Below, in pieces: positions 8,205-16,503 of a stretch of 23,376 bases of DNA (positions within the stretch are counted from its first letter, which is position 1; every line of letters starts with the position of its first letter). Origin of the DNA: Candidatus Calescibacterium sp. (GTDB lineage Bacteria > Calescibacteriota > Calescibacteriia > Calescibacteriales > Calescibacteriaceae); assembly GCA_032249135.1 (NCBI GenBank), contig JAVVGL010000029.1, positions 1 through 23,376 of the forward strand, in the 5' to 3' direction. Below the pieces are notes generated by a model, which saw only the letters and a list, made by a program, of their open reading frames with translations, did no database searches and was not told the origin of the DNA. The translations under genes were made by a program, and so were the position numbers.

Positions 8205-10665
8205 TAGCATCTCGAATAGCATCTTTGAGAGCCTCACATTGCTCATCAAGAAGTTTTTTACCAGTAGCTCTATCTCTTATGTAGAAAATATCCGCAACCT
8301 TATCTTCACGGGTTGAGATTTTTGCAACCGAGATCTCATATCCCATAAAAGATATCGCACAAGATATATCAAAAAGAAGTCCCGGTCTATCATAGCAGTA
8401 AACTTCAACAATTGTATAATTTTGAGATGTTGTATTATCAAAGATAACTTTCACAGAATCTCTGGAATTCTTTTTAACGCTAAACTGCCATCCTCCGAAT
8501 TGAGAATTCTCTCTCTTCTTTCTGATTTGCTCAATAATCTTTTCAAGATTTCTTGTTCTGAAAATTCTAACGAAATTTTGGGCTCTAACCTTATCTTGCG
8601 GTTGAACCCAAAATACATTTATAGATAAACCCAGAACTCCCCCCTCTGAGTAAAGCGATAGTATATTGAAACCTGAAAGAAATAAAAGCCCAGCACATTC
8701 ACTTATAAGAGACCAACTATCTTTATCTATTGCTATAACTTCAATTACACCTTCTTTTCTTGTAGTATAAGTTGCAACTCCCCTACCATCCATATAAGCT
8801 TTCAGAAGAAGACAAGAATACCTGAAAAGCCTATCATAGCTGAAAAATGAAATGAATTTATCTGAAAGAGAAGATATATATGATGAAACTATCTTTTCAG
8901 GAAAAATCTGAGAAAGTTCTTCTCTTAAAATATTGGTATCTATATGCTCTTCTTCAACATACTCTAATCCTTTTCTCATCTCCTCGTCAACCTTCCCATA
9001 AATTTCACCAAGAAGATGAGCCTTCCACTGGTTCCAGTTATTAGGATTTGTTGCCAATGCATCAGCAATAGATACCAAATAAAGGGTATTGAGTGTAATA
9101 TGGTCTGGAAAAGACGAGGCTAATTTTTCTATTGTTTCCCTTTCGTGTAAATCTCTTCTTTGTGAAAAATGAGCTAAAATCAGATGATTTCTGACGATAA
9201 ACTTCAACCTATCAAGACTTTCACCAGCTAAACCTAACCTTTTTCCTATTCTTTCAGCTAATACCTCCCCTACCTCTGAATGATCTTTTTTTGAACCCTT
9301 TCCTATATCATGTAGAAAAGAAGATAACAAAGCCACATTTTTGTCTATCTCATCTAACCCTGGCATTATATCTACAAATTTTGGCTTTATTCCTGAAAGT
9401 ATTTTTTCCATCTCTCCTACGCACTTTATAAGATGGGTACCGACGGGATATATGTGAGGAGGATAAATTTGATATAAATTTGAAACTCTCCCAAACTCTG
9501 GAATAACATTTTCAAGAACTCCGAGCTCTTTCATACGCATAAGAGTTTTCTCTATTCCACCAAGATCTGTTATTATCTCAAAAAATATCTTGTTTGCCTG
9601 AACATCTTTGCTCAAATCAACATTTCTTACCTTCAATATGTAGTATGAAATTTCTGGAGATATTTCAAGGTTATTAGATTTTGCAATTTTGAATATCTCA
9701 ACAAGTCTCCAAGGTTCTTTTTTAAAAAGTTCAATATCAGCATGTAAAAACTCACCATCCGAAATATAAGGTCCAAGATAAGATATAAGTGAAGGATTTG
9801 GGGGATAAATTTTTCTTTTCACAAAGTTTTGCGATATATCTGCATAAACCTTTATTCTCTGCATAGATGATATGACTTTCGTTATAAATTCAACTACTCC
9901 GTATCTCTTTCCCGTCTTTGATTTTATGAAATTGAGTATCTCGTCAATCAAACCGAGGTAAAGTGAATTATTATTTCTTCTGGTCAGAATGTGTAAGATA
10001 AACCTTACTTCAAGAATTCTCAAAAAATCCTGTTCAATTTCTTTTAGAGACACAAGAATATCTTCTGAAACAAGATTTTGAAGAACTTTCATAAAGAAAA
10101 AATCTTCAAGTCCCCCCGGTGACTTTTTAACATCTGGTTCAACAAGATTCTGATATTTTGATATGCGTGCACTTCTATCTTGAACAAGTGTAGAAAAAAT
10201 TTTCATAGAGTGAGTATGTTTTAGTTGATTTACAAGGTACAAAAGATGGTTAAAAACTTTCTTATCTCCTGCTACATATCTTATATCAGCAAGGTATGTG
10301 AGGACTTTTTCATCTTCAAGAGCAAGATTTATCGTCTCTTCCGGAGTTCTCACAGAATATTCAGCTTTTGAAACTATGTCCCAAACATGATGAATAAAAG
10401 ATGATATTTTATTATTTTCCTTCTCAGCAACCGACTTTGATGAAGTTAATATAACAAAATCTAAATCTGAACATGGAGCCATAAGTTTTCTTCCAAAGCT
10501 TCCAAAGCCAACAAGGCAAACACCATCCACATCCCCTAAAAACCTTCTATATATCTCTAAAATCTCCTCATCGTAGATTTTTGCTATGCTTTCTGAAAGA
10601 TAAAGAATATTATCTTTGAAAATTCTTTCCTCTGCTAATGCTAAAACCTTATTTTCAAGCTTCAT
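8158..10665 (-). CDS. glnD: Bifunctional PII uridylyltransferase/uridylyl-removing enzyme
   Basis: NTase GSFGR...APCSDLD, EPDVKKSPGGLED, HD domain (HIYPVGTH, FLHDIGKG, DHSEVG, VRNHL), C-terminal ACT (TIVEVYCYDRPGLL, AKIST...VADIFY). ATG 10665 chosen; the 40 upstream codons in the track look non-coding. Confidence 0.9.
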   Translation of the reverse strand: MKLENKVLALAEERIFKDNILYLSESIAKIYDEEILEIYRRFLGDVDGVCLVGFGSFGRKLMAPCSDLDFVILTSSKSVAEKENNKISSFIHHVWDIVSKAEYSVRTPEETINLALEDEKVLTYLADIRYVAGDKKVFNHLLYLVNQLKHTHSMKIFSTLVQDRSARISKYQNLVEPDVKKSPGGLEDFFFMKVLQNLVSEDILVSLKEIEQDFLRILEVRFILHILTRRNNNSLYLGLIDEILNFIKSKTGKRYGVVEFITKVISSMQRIKVYADISQNFVKRKIYPPNPSLISYLGPYISDGEFLHADIELFKKEPWRLVEIFKIAKSNNLEISPEISYYILKVRNVDLSKDVQANKIFFEIITDLGGIEKTLMRMKELGVLENVIPEFGRVSNLYQIYPPHIYPVGTHLIKCVGEMEKILSGIKPKFVDIMPGLDEIDKNVALLSSFLHDIGKGSKKDHSEVGEVLAERIGKRLGLAGESLDRLKFIVRNHLILAHFSQRRDLHERETIEKLASSFPDHITLNTLYLVSIADALATNPNNWNQWKAHLLGEIYGKVDEEMRKGLEYVEEEHIDTNILREELSQIFPEKIVSSYISSLSDKFISFFSYDRLFRYSCLLLKAYMDGRGVATYTTRKEGVIEVIAIDKDSWSLISECAGLLFLSGFNILSLYSEGGVLGLSINVFWVQPQDKVRAQNFVRIFRTRNLEKIIEQIRKKRENSQFGGWQFSVKKNSRDSVKVIFDNTTSQNYTIVEVYCYDRPGLLFDISCAISFMGYEISVAKISTREDKVADIFYIRDRATGKKLLDEQCEALKDAIRDAIIQGIQIQFGQQQLL

Positions 10666-10865
10666 ATAAATGAAATTATAGTATCCTACCGAATTTTTAT
10701 AAAAAAGTATAAATTGATATATGCACTTGAAAAATCTTCTGATTTTCCTTTGAAATGTCAGGAAACATCCCCCATAACCAAACAAAACAAAAAAGTAAAA
10801 TATAAGTTATGACAACTTTATTTTGTACCAATACGCATACATAAAATGCAAACTGAAAATTTAAG

Positions 10866-11777
10866 ATGAAAAAAATAAGAAAAAAAACAACAAAGAAAAA
10901 GAAAAGAAAAAGAAGAAAAAGAAAGCAAATACAAAAAAGAACTCAAAAGGTTTGATCTTGTCTTAAAAGAAATCTTCTCACGAGCAGCAAAGAAAATTAT
11001 CTCCATAGCAACTGGTGAAAAAATAGAGGAAAAACTTGAAGATATAAATCAGGAGGTAAAGCTCCTCAAATCTCTCAGACCTGATATGCTCTTTAAAGCC
11101 GGTGATAAAATTTTCCATATTGAAATCCAAGCTCAACAAGATAAGACCTTACCTAAAAGAATGTTGCTTTATTCTGTTGGGATTGAAGAAAAATTTGGTA
11201 AAGAACCTGTGCAGATTGTTTTATTTGTGGGAAAAGGGAATCCCCCTCCTTCTTATTTCAAGTCAGAATTCAAAACTCTCAAATTCAGAGTTGTTGATTG
11301 GAAGAAAATAGACCCTGATGAGTTTTTAAGAAGTGATAAGCCAGAAGAAGTTGTATTAGGAGTTTTAGCTGAAAAATATAGAGAAAAACCAGAGGTATTC
11401 AAAAAAGTGATAAGAAAGATTTCAAAAATTATCAAAAACAAAAAACAACTTTTAAAATATATGGAAGATATAAGTTTTTTAGGTAGTTTATTTGATGTTG
11501 AGATAAAATTAGAGCCTATGCCAATACAAATAGATATAAGAAAAACTCTTTTTTATAAATGGGGAGGGAAAGAAGGTGAAAAAGGGGGAAACAAGAAGGA
11601 TTGAAAGAAGCGATTTTATTGGATGTTCAAATCAAGTTTGGTAAATCAAAGGTAAAAGAGATAAAAACTATTTTGGAAAAAGTAGATGATGTAAATCACC
11701 TAAAAAAAATAAAGAGAAAAATAATAGAAGCAAAAACATGGGATGATTTTGTCAAAGTTTTCAGAAACCATAAGTGA
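10866..11777 (+). pseudogene. Rpn/YhgA-like PD-(D/E)XK nuclease with two frameshifts (near 10869-10887 and near 11579-11592)
   Basis: Frame 1 is open 10879-11604: FDLVLKEIF...LRPDMLFK...IFHIEIQ...RMLLY...PVQIVLFVG. ATG 10866 is in frame 3. The C-terminal tail (QEGLKEAILLDVQIKFG...WDDFVKVFRNHK) continues in frame 3 to TGA 11775-11777. Confidence 0.8.
11519..11564 (+). repeat. 46-bp perfect direct repeat, copy 1
   Basis: tgccaatacaaatagatataagaaaaactcttttttataaatgggg, identical to 11795-11840. Confidence 0.95.
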
Positions 11778-11793
11778 AATAAATTTAAAGCGC

Positions 11794-12141
11794 GTGCCAA
11801 TACAAATAGATATAAGAAAAACTCTTTTTTATAAATGGGGGGAAAGAGAGGGAGAAAAAAGAGGAATTGTAAAAGGTCTGAAAGAAGGAGAAAAAAGAGG
11901 TCTTGTAAAAGGTCTAAAAGAAGGTCTAAAAGAAGGTCTTAAAAAAGCAATCCTGTTGGATGTTAAGTTGAAGTTTGGTAGCCAAAAAGCAGAGCAAATC
12001 AAAAGCCTTTTAGATAAAATAAATGATATAAACCGCTTGGAAAAAATAAAAAAAGAAGTAATAAGGGCAGAAAAGTGGGATGATTCCTTCAAAGCTCTCA
12101 AAAACCTAAACTCAAAAAACAAAAATTCAAAAAATAAATAG
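11794..12141 (+). CDS. Stand-alone Rpn C-terminal module (candidate RpnS-like antitoxin or alternative tail cassette), 115 aa
   Basis: GTG 11794 aligns exactly with internal ATG 11518 of the upstream gene. PIQIDIRKTLFYKW, then nine Gxxx tetrapeptides, then a helical tail paralogous to the upstream tail. The track start at 11743 lies inside the upstream gene's tail. Confidence 0.7.
   Translation: MPIQIDIRKTLFYKWGEREGEKRGIVKGLKEGEKRGLVKGLKEGLKEGLKKAILLDVKLKFGSQKAEQIKSLLDKINDINRLEKIKKEVIRAEKWDDSFKALKNLNSKNKNSKNK
11795..11840 (+). repeat. 46-bp perfect direct repeat, copy 2
   Basis: Identical to 11519-11564, 276 bp downstream and in the same reading frame. Confidence 0.95.
11839..11946 (+). repeat. 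Nine 12-bp coding repeats (GERE GEKR GIVK GLKE GEKR GLVK GLKE GLKE GLKK)
   Basis: Includes a near-identical 36-bp duplication (11851-11886 vs 11887-11922) and tandem ggtctaaaagaa units. Confidence 0.85.
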
Positions 12142-12244
12142 TAAAACTTGAACCACAATTTTCAAACTACTTCCGGAAAGGTTTTTAAGCCACAAGAAAT
12201 CCTGAAAAATTTTCCCTGACACAAAAAAGTTGATAAGTTAAAAG

Positions 12245-12274
12245 TGAGCTGAGACCCGAAAGGGCTCAGACTTA
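12245..12274 (+). promoter_or_regulatory. GC-rich hairpin with two bulged A residues in the panB leader; candidate pan RNA motif
   Basis: TGAG-CTGAG-(A)-CCC-GAAA-GGG-CTCAG-(A)-CTTA: 12 bp including one G-U pair, GNRA loop, ending 3 nt before the panB ATG. Confidence 0.65.
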
Positions 12275-12277
12275 TAT

Positions 12278-13054
12278 ATGAAAACGGTACAAGATATAAT
12301 AAATCTCAAAGGGAAGAAAAAGATAATCTGTCTTACATCATATACTTACCTTTTCGCAAAAATAGTAGATGAGACAGGTCTTGTTGATGTAATACTTGTT
12401 GGAGACTCAATGAACGAGGTGCTTTTTGGTGAAAGAAATACAACAACTATACCTTTGGATATTATGATATGGTGTGCAAGAAGCGTAAGAAAAGCCGTAA
12501 AAAATGCAATCGTTGTTTTTGACATGCCTTTCGGAACTTTTCACACACCCGAAAAAGCTCTTGAAAGCGTAGTCAAAATAGTAAAGGAGTGCGACCCAGA
12601 TGCAGTAAAACTTGAAGGCGGAAAAAACATCGCAGAAACAATAAAAAAGATAGTAAACATGGGAATACCTGTAATGGGACATGTTGGACTCTTACCTCAA
12701 AGAGTAAGAATTACAGGATATAAAAAACAAGGAAAAACAGAACAGTCAGCAAAGGAAATTTTTGAAGATGCAAAGGCAGTTGAAGAAAGTGGAGCCTTCT
12801 CCGTTGTTCTTGAATCTGTTGAAGAGAACCTCGCCAAAAAAATCACAGAAACCCTAAAAATTCCAACAATAGGAATAGCTTCCGGTGAGTTCTGCGACGG
12901 GAAAATAGCCGTTCTTGAAGACATTTTAGGACTTACTCAACCTCCACCAAAACATATAAAACCTTACGACAATCTCGCTCAAAGAATATATGAAGCAGTC
13001 TTGAAATTTGCAAAAGATGGAATAGAAAATGAAAACAAAAACGAAAATAGATAA
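12278..13054 (+). CDS. panB: 3-methyl-2-oxobutanoate hydroxymethyltransferase
   Basis: ILVGDS, VFDMPF, AVKLEGG, PVMGHVGLLPQ, GAFSVVLE, IPTIGI motifs; first gene of a panBCD cluster. Confidence 0.96.
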   Translation: MKTVQDIINLKGKKKIICLTSYTYLFAKIVDETGLVDVILVGDSMNEVLFGERNTTTIPLDIMIWCARSVRKAVKNAIVVFDMPFGTFHTPEKALESVVKIVKECDPDAVKLEGGKNIAETIKKIVNMGIPVMGHVGLLPQRVRITGYKKQGKTEQSAKEIFEDAKAVEESGAFSVVLESVEENLAKKITETLKIPTIGIASGEFCDGKIAVLEDILGLTQPPPKHIKPYDNLAQRIYEAVLKFAKDGIENENKNENR

Positions 13055-13096
13055 TAGCAAAAGACCAAAAAAATAAAATAAAAACAGCTTCAGAAA

Positions 13097-14017
13097 ATGG
13101 AAGTTATAAGAAAAATAAGTTTGATGCAAAAGAAAATGGAGGATTTGAGGAGAAAAGGAAAAAAGATAGGTTTCGTTCCAACTATGGGATACTTGCACGA
13201 CGGACATCTGAAACTTGTGAGAGAAGCTAAAAGATTCTCAGATGTTGTAGTCGTAAGCATATTCGTAAATCCTATTCAGTTTGCAAAAGGAGAAGATTAC
13301 GAAAGCTATCCACGAGATGAAAAAAGAGATTTGGAAATGCTGAAAAAAGAAAAAGTAAATTTCGTTTTTATTCCAGATGTCAAGGAAATGTACAAAGAAG
13401 ATTTCAAAACATATGTAGAAGTTATGGAATTCCAAGATGAACTTTGCGGAAAATTCAGACCTGGACACTTCAGAGGAGTTGCCACTGTTGTCGCAAAACT
13501 TTTCAACATAGTAAAACCACATATAGCCTTCTTTGGTCTCAAAGACTACCAGCAATATGTAATCTTGAAAAAAATGGTAGAAGACCTAAATTTTGACATC
13601 AAAATAAAACCCGTTGAAACCGTAAGAGATAAAGACGGAGTTGCCTTGTCTTCAAGGAACACTTATCTTTCTGAAGATGAAAGAAAATTAGCCACTTTAA
13701 TTCCAAGGTCTTTAATTTTAGCAAAAGATATGATACTCGGTGGAGAAGAAGATGCAGAGAAAATAAAAAACGCTGCAAAAGATTTCTTGAAATCACAAGG
13801 TATAACGAATATAGATTATTTTGAAATAGCAGATCCAGACACTTTACATCCTATAAAAAAAATAGATAGAAATAGAAAAAATTGCCTTATTGCTGTCGCG
13901 GTGAGAATAGGAAAAGCAAGATTGATAGATAATATAGTTATAAGGAACGGTAAAATTTTTAACCTTCCAAAAATAAAAGAAGAAAAAGAAAAGAAAAATA
14001 AAAAAGATTTGAATTAA
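13097..14017 (+). CDS. panC: Pantoate--beta-alanine ligase
   Basis: GFVPTMGYLHDGH, SIFVNPIQF, RPGHFRGVATVV.KLFN, FGLKDYQQ, DGVALSSRN, ARLIDN. Confidence 0.98.
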   Translation: MEVIRKISLMQKKMEDLRRKGKKIGFVPTMGYLHDGHLKLVREAKRFSDVVVVSIFVNPIQFAKGEDYESYPRDEKRDLEMLKKEKVNFVFIPDVKEMYKEDFKTYVEVMEFQDELCGKFRPGHFRGVATVVAKLFNIVKPHIAFFGLKDYQQYVILKKMVEDLNFDIKIKPVETVRDKDGVALSSRNTYLSEDERKLATLIPRSLILAKDMILGGEEDAEKIKNAAKDFLKSQGITNIDYFEIADPDTLHPIKKIDRNRKNCLIAVAVRIGKARLIDNIVIRNGKIFNLPKIKEEKEKKNKKDLN

Positions 14018-14034
14018 AAAGGAGGTGAATTGAT

Positions 14035-14397
14035 ATGGCAATGAGGATACTTTTGAAATCAAAAATACATAATGCGGTTGTGAAAGATGCAAATCCAGAG
14101 TATCAAGGTTCAATAACAATACCTAAAAAACTTATGGAGGAGGCAGATATTATTGAAGGTGAGCAAGTTCATGTATATAACATAACGAACGGGAACCGTC
14201 TGATAACCTATGCGATAGAGGGTACCGATGATACAACAATAACAATAAATGGAGCTGCTGCAAAACTTTGCTTCCCAGGAGACAGAATAATAATAGCGGC
14301 ATACGGAATATACACAGAAGAAGAAGCAAAAACTCATAAAGCCAAAATAATAATAGTTGATAGCGAAAACAGAATTATCTCAAAGCACGGAAGATAA
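14035..14397 (+). CDS. panD: Aspartate 1-decarboxylase (pyruvoyl-dependent)
   Basis: LKSKIH, YQGSITI with intact Gly-Ser autocleavage site, NGNRLITYAI, INGAAA. SD GGAGGTG at 14021-14027. Confidence 0.98.
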   Translation: MAMRILLKSKIHNAVVKDANPEYQGSITIPKKLMEEADIIEGEQVHVYNITNGNRLITYAIEGTDDTTITINGAAAKLCFPGDRIIIAAYGIYTEEEAKTHKAKIIIVDSENRIISKHGR

Positions 14398-14436
14398 ATA
14401 ATAAAAAAAGAAAGAAGAAAGAAATTAAAATCTAAT

Positions 14437-15366
14437 CTAAAAACTGAAATTTTCTGAGTTGAGGTAAAAATCAACTGCAAAGCTTATAAGTTTTTCTTCC
14501 TCATCAAACCATAAAGTTCCCTCACGCGAAAAAACTTTGACCTGATATTTTGAATATCTGAAATTCCTCTTTATCATAAGATTTATCATATCTTCAAAAG
14601 AAATTTTTCCGGTTATATAAAGATAAGGCTCCCAATAAGCTATTGATTTGAGCAAAGGAGTGGTTTCTCCAAATTTTTCATACAGCATTTTTGTCTCTTC
14701 AATAAGTCCGCGCTCTATTTGTTTGAGCACCCTTGACTTTATCCTCTCAAGTATTTCTTCTTTGTTTCTGAAAATTGCAACTTTCAAAATAGGGAACCTT
14801 TGTCCAATATCTTCTTTGAAACGCGCGTCTAAAATAGATTTACCAGTTTTGAGTTTGAATTCCAAAGCTCTTCTTACTCTATATGAATCAGACGGATGAA
14901 TTTTTTCTGCCGCTTTTGGGTCTAAATTTTTGAGAAGGTTCCAAAGTCCCATCTTTCCCTCTTTTTTTAAAATATCTTCTAACTGATTTCTTATATTCTC
15001 ATCTTCTGGTTCGTCTTCAAATCCCCTTTCAAGAGCTCTTATATAGAGCCATGTTCCACCAACAACAATTGGAATTTTCCCAGCTGATTTTATCTCTTTT
15101 ATTATTTTTCTTCCCTCCTTTTCAAATCTTTTTGCGGAGAAATTTTGGTCAGGTTCTATAACATCTATAAAGTGCCACCTGAATTCTTGAAGAAATTGAG
15201 TGGGTTTTGCAGTTCCGATATCAAAGTATTTATAAACCTTTCTTGAATCGCAAGAAATGAGCTCAACTTCTTTTCCTCTTTCACGGAGTATTCTTGAGAT
15301 TTTCACTGCAATTTCGGCTTTACCCGAAGCAGTTTGCCCAACTATTGCGATTGCCTCAAATTTCAT
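14437..15366 (-). CDS. miaA: tRNA (adenosine(37)-N6)-dimethylallyltransferase, divergent
   Basis: GQTASGK, ELISCDSR.VY..FDIGTAKP, VVGGT.LY, DP.AA.KIHP.D..RVRRALE. Confidence 0.9.
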   Translation of the reverse strand: MKFEAIAIVGQTASGKAEIAVKISRILRERGKEVELISCDSRKVYKYFDIGTAKPTQFLQEFRWHFIDVIEPDQNFSAKRFEKEGRKIIKEIKSAGKIPIVVGGTWLYIRALERGFEDEPEDENIRNQLEDILKKEGKMGLWNLLKNLDPKAAEKIHPSDSYRVRRALEFKLKTGKSILDARFKEDIGQRFPILKVAIFRNKEEILERIKSRVLKQIERGLIEETKMLYEKFGETTPLLKSIAYWEPYLYITGKISFEDMINLMIKRNFRYSKYQVKVFSREGTLWFDEEEKLISFAVDFYLNSENFSF

Positions 15367-15466
15367 TTTGTTCTAAAAATAGTGTTCTTTAAAAATTAAC
15401 AGCCTAATGCTGAAAATTTACTAAAATTGATAAAATTATCTCTACCAACAACAAAGAAAAATTACG

Positions 15467-16438
15467 ATGATTCAGATAGTAGCATCAAATTTCGTGGTAA
15501 TCTTATTATTACTCATTATCGTAAATAATGGATGCAGCAACAAAAAGTCAGTAAATCCTAATGAAACCTCATTAATATCTTGGAACTCCGTAAACGATTT
15601 TGTTTATCAGTTAAAAAACATAGATTTAGTAGCAATAGGAAATACAAAGTTTGATCTGGTCATAATAGATTACTCTCGTGATGGAACAGAAGAAGGTAGA
15701 TTTACTTATGAAGAAATTAATGCTCTCAAAAAAAGTCCAGGTGGTCCTAAACTCGTACTATCTTATATGAGTATAGGTGAAGCAGAAAACTATAGATGGT
15801 ACTGGAATAATAGTTGGGATGCAGATAATGATGGTAATCCTGATCCAGGAGCTCCCTCTTGGCTTGGTCCCGAAAATCCCGAATGGCCAGGAAATTATAA
15901 GGTTAAATACTGGGAAAAAGATTGGCAATCTATTATATTTCAGTATCTTGATAAAATTATTGAAGTCGGTTTTGACGGAGTATATCTTGATATTATTGAT
16001 GCTTATGAATATTGGGGACCTGGAGGGGAAAGCGGATTGAATAGGGAAACTGCTGAGCAGGAGATGGTTGATTTTGTAAAATCTATTGCAAAATATGCAC
16101 GAGTAAATAGAGGTAAAAAAAATTTCGGAGTATTTGTTCAAAATGGAGAAAGATTAGCGTCTCACTTAGACTATGTTCAAACAGTAGATGGAATTGGAAG
16201 AGAAGACGTATGGTACAATGATAATACACCTAATCCGCCATCATTGGTTAATTCAGTCACATCGTATCTTGATATTTTCAAAAAAGCTGGGAAGCTCGTA
16301 TTAGTAATAGATTATGTAACGGAACCAACCTTAATTGATGATTTTTATTCGAAAGCAAAAGAAAAAGGTTACATCCCTTATGCTACGGTCAGAAGTTTGG
16401 ATAAACTCACAATAAATCCCGGTCATGAACCCGATTAA
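15467..16438 (+). CDS. GH114-like / TM1410-MJ1477 family putative endo-alpha-1,4-polygalactosaminidase, probable lipoprotein
   Basis: FVYQL, DLVIIDYS, LSYMSIGEAENYRWYW, ENPEWPGNYKVKYW, GFDGVYLDIIDAY, QNG, GIGRED; hydrophobic signal followed by NNGC. Confidence 0.88.
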   Translation: MIQIVASNFVVILLLLIIVNNGCSNKKSVNPNETSLISWNSVNDFVYQLKNIDLVAIGNTKFDLVIIDYSRDGTEEGRFTYEEINALKKSPGGPKLVLSYMSIGEAENYRWYWNNSWDADNDGNPDPGAPSWLGPENPEWPGNYKVKYWEKDWQSIIFQYLDKIIEVGFDGVYLDIIDAYEYWGPGGESGLNRETAEQEMVDFVKSIAKYARVNRGKKNFGVFVQNGERLASHLDYVQTVDGIGREDVWYNDNTPNPPSLVNSVTSYLDIFKKAGKLVLVIDYVTEPTLIDDFYSKAKEKGYIPYATVRSLDKLTINPGHEPD

Positions 16439-16503
16439 TTATGATACCAACTCACTAACTATGTAATAAATAGAATTTTCTAATGACAAAGATTTGCTTC
16501 CTT

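Noticed and set aside
10666-10785. 40-codon N-terminal extension of glnD in the track
   Set aside because: TTG start, atypical composition, and it occupies the probable divergent promoter region.
11743-11793. Track start of the 132-aa ORF at ATG 11743
   Set aside because: It lies within the frame-3 tail of the upstream Rpn gene; homology to the first module begins only around 11776-11794.
11500-12141. Diversity-generating retroelement template/variable repeat pair
   Set aside because: No reverse transcriptase in the window; the repeat is identical and the tail differences are not adenine-specific.
12164-12186. Possible terminator AAACTACTTCCGGAAAGGTTTTT after the Rpn cassette
   Set aside because: Stem is short, interrupted and AT-rich; too weak to call.
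10800-12200. Rpn locus as an insertion sequence (family often annotated as putative transposase)
   Set aside because: No terminal inverted repeats, target-site duplication or DDE motif seen.
13020-14017. Lys/Glu/Asn-rich tails on PanB and PanC (similar stretches on several other proteins)
   Set aside because: Consistent with window-wide A-rich compositional bias rather than a specific function.
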